From Octopus sinensis (taxonomy: Eukaryota): a stretch of DNA of 64,000 nucleotides. The stretch covers positions 85,994,001 through 86,058,000 of the forward strand of contig NC_043004.1 of assembly GCF_006345805.1 (NCBI RefSeq). Reading direction: 5' to 3'. The notes beneath the pieces are model-generated. The model made no database searches. It was not told the DNA's origin and saw only the letters and a list, made by a program, of their open reading frames with translations. Position 1 is the first letter of the stretch; each line of letters opens with the position of its first letter. Below are positions 53,095 through 64,000 of the stretch, one piece after another. The translations under genes were made by a program, and so were the position numbers.

Positions 53095-53255
53095 AAGCGT
53101 GGCTGTTGTAAGACGATTGCTTCCTACCCACATGATTCCAGGTTCAGTCCCACTGTGTGGCACCTTCGGCGAGTTACTTCTACAATACCTGCGAGCCGAC
53201 CAAAACCATGTGAGCGGATTTCGTAGAAGAAAATCGAAAGATGCCCGGAGTATAT
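53095..53255 (+). mobile_element. Family B SINE 5' portion (further fragments at 49680-49750 and 50205-50320)
   Basis: CACATGATTCCAGGTTCAGTCCCACTGTGTGGCACC. Confidence 0.7.
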
Positions 53256-53257
53256 AC

Positions 53258-53290
<33 letters not shown>

Positions 53291-53296
<6 letters not shown>

Positions 53297-53501
53297 AAGC
53301 TACAAAGACATCACAAAATCTGTTACTCGGAGTTTCACTTACCCGTTGGTCGAAAAACTGTCCGACGAAAGGGAACGTGAAACTCTGAGTAACTGTTTTT
53401 GTGATGTCTTTGCAGCCTTTAATAATAAAGCATATTACTCTGCCTCCGGTATTCGAGTTCTATTTTTTCCACCTTGTTTCGCATTTATGTGCTTACTCTG
53501 G
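53291..53501. mobile_element. Family P1 palindromic element with hammerhead motif
   Basis: ~54-bp inverted arms, ~25-nt spacer, tail shared with 198-380. Confidence 0.75.
53353..53400 (+). ncRNA. Minimal type I hammerhead motif (U4C variant, weakened stem II)
   Basis: AAAAACUGU-CCGACGA-AAG(GGAA)CGU-GAA-ACUCUGAGU-A-ACUGUUUUU; stem I 8/9 paired; GUA triplet at 53389-53391. Confidence 0.55.
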
Positions 53502-53525
53502 TATATATATATATATTTAAATATA

Positions 53526-54786
53526 TCAGGTCATCCCATAAGTTCTGTCCGAATTTTGAATAAAGAAAACAAGTGATCAAATGTTATATTTAATCGATAT
53601 TTAATCTTCAATGTACATTCCCTGATTATCTATGACTTCCTTCCATCTATTTACAAGCTTTTTAATCCAAACAATGTAAAACTCTTTTCGTTTGAAAGTG
53701 AAGAACTCTGAAATGTCAGTTTCGACCTCGTCCTGGCTTGCGAAAGTTGTGTCCCGCAAATGATTCTGTAAACTACGAAACAAATGATAGTCTGAAGGAG
53801 CAAGTTCGGGAGAATAAGATGGATGAGGAATTTTTTCCCAACCAAGCTCTTCGATCTTCTGTGATATGATCTTTACAGTGTGGGGTCGCACATTGTCCTG
53901 ATGAAACATCGCTCCTTTTCGATTCACGAAAGCGGGCCTTTTTTCTTCAAGGCATGGTTCAAACACTCTAATTACTGACAGTAGACTTGAGCATTGATTG
54001 TTGCATTAGGTGGTAACAATTACAGATAGAGAGAAGAACCTTTTTTCCATGAAGGTCCCTTCTTGTTTGTGGTTGAGCTTTTTTTCCTTTAACCAAGCCA
54101 CTTTTTATGACGTTTAACATTTCGATAGAAGATCCATTTCTCGTCACCAGTCACAAGTCTATCCAAAAAGGGTGAAATGAGTTCGCGAGAATGGAGAGGA
54201 GAGCAGATGTCAACTCGGAATTTGCGGTTGCTTTTGGACAATTCACGAGGCATCCCATTTTCCAAGTTTAGGAACCTTTCCAAGTTGTTGAAGATGACGA
54301 TGAACAGTTGTATGGTTTGAACTAAGCTTTATTGCCAATTCATCAACTGACAATGCAGGATTTTCTTCAAGTATTGCCTCAAGGAGCGTATCATCAAACT
54401 CAACTGAATGTCCTGTTCGATCTTCATCTTCAAGGCTGAAATCTCCACTTCTGAATTTTGCAAACCATCTTCTGCAAGTTCTTTCATTCAAGCATTTTCC
54501 CCCACAAACTGAGTGTATGTTTCGAGTCGCTTCGGCTGCAGAGTTTCCTTTTTTGCACTCATAAAGCATTATGTGCCTTAAATGCTCTTTGGATACTTCC
54601 ATGTTAGAAAGGGTTTTAATCAAAGAAATTTTAATTTTATTATTCTGTAAAATAATATTTAATTAGTTTAAATGTATAAAGATGCATACAAATAATTTTT
54701 AATTCCATTAGACATTCTAAAATACTATTAAATTTCATTCAATTTTATAAAAGGTTAAATCGGACAGAACTTATGGGATGACCTAA
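53526..54786 (-). mobile_element. Mariner (Mos1/Hsmar1-like), near full length, 30-bp TIRs, TA flanks
   Basis: TCAGGTCATCCCATAAGTTCTGTCCGAATT and its near-perfect inverted copy ending at 54786 (2 mismatches). Confidence 0.95.
53601..54602 (-). pseudogene. DD34D mariner transposase pseudogene
   Basis: MEVSKEHLRHIMLYE.., LVTGDEKWIFY, FHQDNVRPH, HPSYSPELAPSDYHLF; frameshift, stop and internal deletion. Confidence 0.92.
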
Positions 54787-54829
54787 TATGCACATAGACA
54801 TATAGATATAAGTGTGTGTTTGTACCTGT

Positions 54830-55322
54830 GATTGGGGAAAACAGCGTCACCCGGGTTGTGCTTGCTACTGAATGTGGTTTACGACGTACTTCTACGTCAT
54901 CATTCACCCCAGATACTGAACAGACATTTATGTTTCGAATCCTATTATTCACAGGACCGGTTACCACGTTTCCCTAGTTTATAAGCGACACAGATCAAAA
55001 CATGAACCTTGAACAGAACGCCGGTTAAGGGCAGGCTTTCATTCATTTACTGCTGAATGGACGGGAGCACAACGTGAAATTACCAGTTCTACTGAAGAAC
55101 ACAAACAACACGCTTCCCAATCCAGAAATCGAAACTACGACCTTGTAGTCGCTACGAAAGAGATCAAAATGTGATCTCCGAACGAAATACCAGTCGGTCA
55201 TTTCTGGATCAACGTGAAATGACGCGTTTGCAGAAGGATGCAAAAGACCGCACGGTTCGGGAATCGAAACTCCGATCTTGAAGTCGTGAGTGGCACTCTC
55301 TAACCACTAGACTATGTGCCCT
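54830..55322 (-). mobile_element. Diverged tRNA-derived SINE(s) with two tRNA-like heads
   Basis: Minus strand GGGCACATAGTCTAGTGGTTAGAG..GAGTTTCGATTCCC (55322-55255) and a second B-box-like GTAGTTTCGATTTC near 55130. Confidence 0.55.
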
Positions 55323-55884
55323 AAACTTCTTTCAGACAGTGTAGCTGCGGTTTATGGCGAAGTAATTCTTCTGAAATTGGAAATGAGTTAACCAAGAAAC
55401 ATGAAGCTAAGATCATCTCATATTACTATATAGCGTTGTGCTATTATTGTAGAGGTTAGGTATCGCAGAAATATATATTCTGGCGGAACATAAATCATCG
55501 TTAGTTAAGTATACCCGGTGATATAATGGACTCTTCCATATCTCTCCTGATACAATCCTGATATACGCAACTAACAACGCAACAGCTTCATCTCAATGAA
55601 ATATCTGTAACAATTTATGTAACAGCTTGTCTTAAAGTCCTCTGTCAAACTACGGTTATCATCGGAAGATAGTCACTGCTTAAAACTATCTATTATTCGT
55701 TGTCTTAAGTGACAAGTTCTGTTGTCTCTGACCACTGGGTTTTCGAAATACACCAGTCATATGGAATGTAGAAATCTATACAGACACTGCATGTGCGATT
55801 AGTAATACATGCATATACACGAGAGCACAAACACAAGCGTGTATACATGCTAATCATGATGCAGCCTATGAGATACATAGGAGT

Positions 55885-56126
55885 CCTGATACATGCATAC
55901 ATGTATACATACATACATACATGCATACATACATACATACATACATACATACATACATACATGCATACATATATACATACATACATACATACATATATAC
56001 ATACATACATACATGCATACATACATACATACATACATACATACATACATACATGCACGCATACATACATACACATACATACATACATACATATATACAT
56101 ACATACATATATACATACAAACACAT

Positions 56127-56185
<59 letters not shown>

Positions 56186-56498
56186 CATACATACATATAT
56201 ACATACATACATATATACATACATATATACATACATACATACATACATATATATATACATACATATATACATACATGCATACATACATACATAGATACAT
56301 ACATATATATATACATACACACACACATACAAACACATATACATACATACACACACATACATACATGCATACATACATACATACATACACATACATACAT
56401 GCACGCATACATGCATACATACACATACATACATGCATACATACATACATACATACACACACACATACATACACACACATACATACATACATACATAT

Positions 56499-56529
<31 letters not shown>

Positions 56530-56605
56530 CATACGTACATATATACATACGTACATACATACATACATATATACATACGTACATACATACATACATATAC
56601 ACATA
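55885..56605. repeat. ~720-bp imperfect (TACA)n microsatellite
   Basis: Directly visible; source of the long MYVC/IHTY ORFs. Confidence 0.97.
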
Positions 56606-56987
56606 CTAGGAAATGGACGCGTGGCTTTCAACTAAATAATAGTAAATAATACATAGGACACACACATACACATATACGTATGCATATATGGATACATGAC
56701 GTCACCATGTACCACGTCCTCGCTTTGTTGTCTTTTTCCTTGTGTTTCTTCTTTTTTGGGGATTTACTATATATATATATATGTGTGTGTGTGTGCGTGT
56801 TGTATATATACACAGACACGAGTAAGCACATAAATGCCAAAGGTGTAAAAATAGTACCTGAATACCAAACATAAGGTAATAAGCTTAGATCAAAGCTGCG
56901 AAATTTGAATATTCAACACGACTGTCCGAGAATGCGAACGTGAATGTCTGAGTAACTGTTTTCTAAAAATTTTGCAGCTTTAATAAA

Positions 56988-57395
56988 AGTGGCTCTGTGG
57001 TAAGTAGGTTGTTTACCAAACACATGGTTCCGATTTCATTCCCACTGTGTGGCACCTTGGGCAAGTGTCTTCTATTATAGCCTCGGGCCGATCAAAGCCT
57101 TGTGAGTGGATTTGGTAGACATGAACTGAAGGAAGCCCGTCGTATATATATGTATATATATATATATATGTATGTTTGTGTATATGTTTGTGTGTCTGTG
57201 TTTGTCCCCCCAACATCGCTTGACAACCGATGTTGGTGTGTTTACGTCCCCGTAACATAGCGATTCGGCAAAAGAAACCGATAGAATATGTACTGAGCTT
57301 ACAAAGAATAAGTCCTGGGTCGATTTGCTCGACTAAAGGCGGTGCTCCAGCATGGCCGCAGTCAAATGACTGAAACCAGTAAAAGAGTAAAAGAA
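56988..57395 (+). mobile_element. SINE family B, full length
   Basis: Collinear with 33337-33855. Confidence 0.9.
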
Positions 57396-57955
57396 AATGA
57401 ACGCAGTTAATTCTAATTTTGAGATACACTTTTGGGTCTATATGAATATATGGTACCTTATCAAGCACATACATACATACTTACGTACACACCCAAAAAT
57501 ATATGTATTTATATATATATATACATACATACATATATGGATATATATACATACACATACACGTTTTTGTATGTATATCTATCTATTCCCACTTTGTAAA
57601 CACACACACACACATTCAACACCAATACCATACCCCGCGCGCACACACAAGTACTCACCATGACAGTTCATAGAAAAACAAATACAAACTTGAGTCTCAA
57701 CCGCTATTTACATTTCGATTGTGCCTTCAACATTCGGCAGACATAAGCCAGAACTGCAACACTGGCATTCATAAATTAAACGTAATGATAGAAAAGTCCA
57801 GACGTATAGGCCTGATTAACCATATAGATTATCTTTAAACATGATAATTTCATACCATTAATAGCTATGTTCAACTGTCTAAGGAGAGCTTTGATCCAAA
57901 CCGACGTCTATTTGAATTTCGGTGTCTGTTCTGTTAGTGCAGTGCGATGTATGTA

Positions 57956-58009
<54 letters not shown>

Positions 58010-58010
58010 T

Positions 58011-58052
<42 letters not shown>

Positions 58053-58189
58053 GAAAGAAAGAAAGAAAGAAAGAGAAAGAGTGTATTATCTATTGTCGAA
58101 ATTGTAGATGTCTAAAATGGTATTAAACAAAATAAATAAAGAAAAAAAGAAATAGAAGACTTATGTATGTGTATGTCTGTGTGTGAGTG

Positions 58190-58221
<32 letters not shown>

Positions 58222-58305
58222 TATATATTTATATACACACACATACATATATATATATATTTATATACATACACATACACACACACATATATAAAAGAGA
58301 ATATG

Positions 58306-58346
<41 letters not shown>

Positions 58347-58739
58347 CGCACACACACACATATATATATGAATGTATGTGTGTGTGTATGTGTGTGTTTG
58401 CGTATACAACCTTTTTCATTGGAGTATGTGCGTGTATTAGTAGCCTTTAAATAGTTCTTGTAGCTGACTGCAGCAAGTTTACTTCCGACCATAGTTGAGT
58501 AACCTTGGTATTTATGGGGGTATATGGAGATATACGTTTCCGTCTATATGTATACATATACGCACGCGCACACACAAATACACCTATCTCTCTCTGTTTG
58601 TGTATGTATATATGAGTGTATAAATATACACAGACAGAGAGGGAGAAGCAGAGAAAGCGACAAAGAGAGAAGGGAACTGAGATAAACGGGGAGGGGACAA
58701 ATATATATTTATCTATCACACATACCCGCGCTTCCCCAC

Positions 58740-58780
<41 letters not shown>

Positions 58781-58782
<2 letters not shown>

Positions 58783-59338
58783 CTTTTCTACTCAAAGCAC
58801 AAGGTCCGAAAATTTGGGGGAGGGGGGCCAGTCGATTAGATCGACCACAGTACGTAAATGGTACTTAATTTACCGATCCCGAAAGGATGAAAAGCAAAGT
58901 TGACCTCGACGGAATTTGAACCCAGAACGAGATAGACGAAATACCTATCGCTTTACTACCCACAAGGGGCTAAACACAGACAGGACAAAGAAGGACAGAA
59001 AAACGGATTAGGTCGATTATATCGACTCCAGTGCATAACTGGTACTTATTTAATCGACCCCGAAAGGATGAAAGGCAAAGTCGACCTCGGCGGAATTTGA
59101 ACTCAGAACGTAGCGGCAGACGAAATACCTATTTCTTTATTACCCATCAGGGGATAAACATAGAGGGGACAAACAAGGACAGAAAAAACGGATTAAGTCG
59201 ATTATATCGACCCCAGTGCGTAACTGGTACTTATTTAATCGACCCTGAATGCATGAAAGGCAAAGTCGACAACGGCGGAATTTGAACTCAGAACGTAGCG
59301 CCAGACGAAATACCCATAAGCACTCTGCCCGGTGTGCT
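58781..59338 (-). mobile_element. Multimeric family A SINE (three cores)
   Basis: Plus strand GGAATTTGAAC(T/C)CAGAACG three times, with AATACCTAT..CTTTA(C/T)TACCCA junctions. Confidence 0.9.
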
Positions 59339-59529
59339 TTATATATTTATAATCATAAACAAGAGAGACTCCAAAATTTAAATGCTTTCCGTCCTTACAG
59401 TTGAAAAGTCTCATTGACTGGAACCGGTACTGAAATGATTTTTATAAGATTATTTTAGCAGTTTCTATCTTGAGCTTTTTCCATTCATATCAACTCGTGT
59501 GTTACTTTTCAACCTTCTCTATATATATA

Positions 59530-59762
59530 CAGGGTGTTCGGAAAGTCTCTCCGCATTAAGTATTTAATTTGTTTTCGGGCGATTCTTGTACACTGGTCCT
59601 TTACTTGCTCCTTAGAAAAAAATGCCTGGCAGTGTTAAATCAGTGATCTTGGTGGCTTACGTTCCTTCAAAATAATCCGTTCACCGAAAAACTGTTGAAG
59701 TAGCGCCATGGTGATGCGCAGGATGTAAAAGTTTCCTGCGGAGAGATATTTTGAACACCCTG
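59530..59762. mobile_element. Tc1/mariner-type MITE, 233 bp
   Basis: TA|CAGGGTGTTCGGAAAGTCTCTCCGCA ... TGCGGAGAGATATTTTGAACACCCTG|TA. Confidence 0.85.
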
Positions 59763-60129
59763 TATATTGCACCTCTGTTAAGTAGCTATAGAGATAGACG
59801 TGTGGAGAGGTTTGATCGTCTTGTGCTGAAGGGTTACCTGCTGTGAATATTTCAGGACTTGGTGGTTATGAGTTTACAAAAATATGGGTAACACCAGGCG
59901 TGGAGGGCAGTAAGTTGGCGTTACCTTGGTCGAAGTGAAACACAAGTCAACTTGAAAGAGTAGAGGCCACTTCGATAGTTGGAGCAGGAAAGTCGGCATA
60001 TCCCGCAGCAGTCTATGTAACCGAGCCAATTAGTTACTACTACTACTACTACTACTACTGCCACAATCACCGCAACCACTACTGCTTCTGTTATTTCTAC
60101 CACCACCATAACCACCTTCACCTTCACCG

Positions 60130-60171
<42 letters not shown>

Positions 60172-61277
60172 ACACTACTACTACTACTACTTGAGGTCAT
60201 TTAGTCGAGCGTTCCTTCAGTGAAGAGGCCTGTGGTGTCTGTAGACATAGCACCGATCAACATTTGGGAACAGTGCATTATTGAGGGCCACAGTTGAGCT
60301 TTTGAGGGTTTTACTATTGGTTGAAATCTGAAATGTATTTTTCACTTGAAGATATGGACTAGGTTTTGAAATGCTATTCTGATATACTCTCAGAATAGAA
60401 AGGGCTTGAATTTGTGGGGATCGTAGAGCTTCTAGAAGGGATCTACTGAGACTGAAATGAGCTATGGGTGGTAATAGCTTGAGGGTGCGTACAATGATTA
60501 CTTCTTTGTGCTTTTGAAAGAAACAAAACTGGCGTGTCCCTAATGGAGGATACCTTCGACGTTTCCTTTCATAAACAGAATAGTAACCATGATCAGTTAA
60601 TAGAATAATAAACTAAGAACATCAACAGAAAACAAAACAAATAAAAATACACGCAGAAGCGATACTGCCATGGAAGTGTACGCCAGTATCATATTATCAA
60701 TAATGAAAGAGGCGATATCGCAATAAATACCAGTAAAGTAAGAGGCTATATTAATATTATCAATAAGTGTTTCATGATAAGCATTAATATCAGTGAAGAG
60801 GAGAAAACTATAAAAGGAATATAAAATATAGGAAATATGACGAAGCGTACACAGTTCACACGATGTTAAACGAATAGATTCTGTTTATGTTCAGTGCAGT
60901 GTTTGCACTGCAATACAAATATATATAGCAACCATTTTGAATGAGGCTGTGCGGTTGTTTGAATTAGAAAACATAAGACTGAGCTATTTTTCTCCGCTCC
61001 CTTTCTCTCGGATACCCTTCTCTAAAATCCGCTGTACTTATTTTCTACTGTTAGATAAAAAGCGAAAAGCATACGTTATGAAATGAAGCCATACACACAC
61101 ACACACACACACTTCTATATTAACCATTATATTCACACAAAGATATACGAACGCGCGTACACACATATATGCATACAAAGGCACCTATGCATATACAGAT
61201 ATATACAAACACTCACACATTCAAGCATGCATACACATACAAACACACACATATATATACATACACACACAAATATA

Positions 61278-61756
61278 TTCTTTTCTACTCTAGGCGCAAG
61301 GTCCGAAATGTTTGGGAAGGGGGCCAGTCGATTAGATCGACCCCAGTACACAACTGGTACGTAAATTATCGACCCCGAAAGGATGAAAGGTAAAGTCAAA
61401 CTCAAACGTAACAGCAGACGAAATACCTCGCCCGGTGTGATAACGTTTCTTATTTCTTTATTGCCCACAAGGGGCTAAACACCGAAAGGAAAAACAAGGA
61501 CAGACAAACGGATTAAGTCGATTATATCGATTCCAGTAACTGGTACTTATTTAATCGACCCCAAAAGGATGAAAAGCAAAATCGACCTCGGCGAAATTTG
61601 AACTCAGAACGTAACGGCAGACAAAATACCTATTTCTTTACTACCCACAAGGGGCTAAACACAGACAGGACAAACAATTTGAACTCAAAACGTAACGGCA
61701 GATGAAATACCGCTAAGCATTTCGCCCGGCGTGCTAAAGTTTCTGCCAGCTCGCCG
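61278..61756 (-). mobile_element. Multimeric family A SINE (head, deleted unit, full unit, terminal unit)
   Basis: Same inner-unit tail twice (one with AATAAA); monomer-type tail at the 3' end. Confidence 0.88.
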
Positions 61757-61770
61757 TTTACGCACACACT

Positions 61771-62154
61771 CTTTTACTCTTTGGCTCTTTTAATTGTTTC
61801 AGTTATTTGACTACGGCCATGCTGGAGCAACGCCTTTAGTCGAGCAAATGGACCCCAGGACTTATACTTTGTAAGCCTAATACTCATTCTATCGGTTACT
61901 TTTGCCGAACCTCTAAGTTACGGGGACGTAAATACACCAGCTGGGGGGGGGGACAAGCACAAATACACAAACATACAAACACACACACACACAAACACAC
62001 ACACATATATATATATGTATACGACGGGCTTCTTTCAGTTTTCGTCTACCCGAGGCTATAGTATAAGACACATGCCCAAGGTGCCACGCAGTGGGACTGA
62101 ACCCGGAACCATGTGGCTGGTAAGCAAGCTACTTACCACACAGCCACTCCTGCG
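61771..62154 (-). mobile_element. SINE family B
   Basis: Minus strand GCAGGAGTGGCTGTGTGGTAAGTAGC head to CTCCAGCATGGCCGTAGTC tail. Confidence 0.88.
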
Positions 62155-62201
62155 TCTATAAATAAATATATTATATATATATATATATGTATATATAATC
62201 C

Positions 62202-62253
<52 letters not shown>

Positions 62254-62487
62254 ATATATATAGGCGTATATATATCCTGGTAACTCCCCACCTCCTGTAC
62301 AATTGTTACAATGGTTGCTAATATCGATGAAAGTAACAATTCGTTTAAATCGACTCTGAAACTTGATTGGTGCTTACGGAAATCAAAAGTCAAAAGTTAC
62401 CGAATTATTTGCCTGTAAAGTAAACATTCCGTACCATTTTCTCCCATGTTTTCCGCCTATTCCTTCTCCTCCTTCCTCCTATACCTT

Positions 62488-62562
<75 letters not shown>

Positions 62563-64000
62563 CGCCCTTATATTTTAATTATATTAAGAATAATTAAATT
62601 TGCTTAAAATTTGAAGAGCAATTAATATTTTCTTTCCAATTTTTAAAAACTTTTTCATTGTTTGTTTTGCTTTCTATTATCATTTCAGTTTTCTTTTTAT
62701 ACTTTCTGTCATAAACGAAATCATGTATTAAGTATTATGTAACTCTTCAGCGAATGAAATTAAGAAATTAAACAGGAAATTGTATGACAATCCTTAGATT
62801 ACCAATATTTGGAGAGAAGATTCTTTTCTGAAAGAACAATGAATATCAACCTCAACTGTATTTATTCTTGGTCTCTTCTCTTGAACTACGTAGATTATTT
62901 TTAGCTGTAAACACGTTTAAAAATTTCCTTCTGCTCTGAATGATAAATTTTGAAAGTTGTGCAATAACAACATTGGAAACCTGACGAGGAAAAGCAATAA
63001 AGTGTGAAAGAGAATACAAATAAAAGCAAAAATAAATAGAGAGTAAATATTGAACAAAACCCATAATATTTGAAAAGAAAAGAATATGCAATCATTTTGA
63101 CTATACATATATTATTCTGAACCGAAAACGGAAGTCTCTGACGTTTGGAACGTAAAATAGAGATTTATAAAGTTCGGGTCAAAGATATTACTCGTGTTAT
63201 GTTATGTGTGCTTGCGGGAGGCAACTGGCAAGACTTTCTATAATAACCTCTACAATGTGTTGTCAAAAATATGGCTCGTATAGTGAACAATTGCAGAAAA
63301 GAAACTTCCGGTACATTCAGGAAAAAAATGGCTGCATTAATTAGATAACTAGATTACAATAGATGTAGAGACATGTACACAGACACACAGATATTGTATA
63401 CATAGGTTTTGTTTTCCGCTCTCGTGTACATTCTCTCTCACATCCATGTTAATATAAATATACAATTAGGAGACAGAGATAGACAGACCTGAAGCAAACC
63501 TGAAGAAGAGAGAGAAGGTTATTGATGAGGTCGCGATGGCGACAAAAGGACTTTGTCAAACCTAGCTATATTTTGATCTTTATTTGCATTCATAGCCTCT
63601 CTGGTCGCTAACCGTGAGCTATACAGAAACTTTCAGCTTATCGAATTTCCTTGTAACTTCGATATGGCAAAGAGTGTGTGACCTTCGACACCAATAAATT
63701 GTTATTGTTCCTGACTGTACGCTGTAGAATTTTTGTTTTCTATACCTGCCATGGACTGCATGAATCTTTCGAACTTCCTACACTTGGATCCCCGGATATC
63801 AATATATATATAAATATCAATATATATATAGTTAGAATTTACAAAAAAAAAAAAATAAATAAAAGACGGGTGTGTAAACAACAAATAGATGTATTAATTT
63901 AATGCTCGGGAAGTGAGAGAGTATTTTACGTTTCGACAGAAAGAACACAGAAATAAACGGAGAGAAAATAGAAAAAGGTGTAATGGCTAGCGATCTATCA

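Noticed and set aside
55705-56649. Long ORFs of up to 308 aa (MYVC/IHTY repeats), plus all YI-, poly-I/L/Y/M/H-type ORFs elsewhere
   Set aside because: Translations of (TACA)n, (TA)n and trinucleotide microsatellites that lack stops by composition.
63895-63990. Repeat end with GAAACGTA on the minus strand, possibly a collapsed hammerhead
   Set aside because: Core and stem II are absent in this copy; the assignment would rest on memory only.

Overview
AT-rich, microsatellite-saturated animal DNA. The repeat content fits an octopus or other cephalopod genome (inference). No host gene can be named; only a few weak candidate exons were found, and almost all ORF-track entries are microsatellite artefacts. 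The recognisable coding sequence is transposon-derived: two identical tandem copies of a Dong/R4-type retrotransposon 3' end (intact 271-aa zinc-knuckle + restriction-like endonuclease ORF) inside (AAT)n, three decayed mariner transposases, a Penelope-like GIY-YIG remnant, a duplicated CR1/L2-group LINE 3' end and an L1/Tx1-like 3' end inside (TATC)n. There are also about 25 tRNA-derived SINE copies from four or more families, MITEs and a non-autonomous Helitron. Most interesting: (1) three SINE multimers whose inner units end in a 41-nt tail matching the Tx1-like LINE 3' end (32/41) and all join the same site of the SINE's own tRNA-like head, suggesting self-targeted retroposition; (2) several palindromic elements with minimal hammerhead-ribozyme motifs, including a G3-C8 core-swap variant and a tRNA-headed one. 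A 100-N gap and two indel-rich tandem duplications are probably assembly artefacts. All alignments and folds were done by eye; no searches were run.
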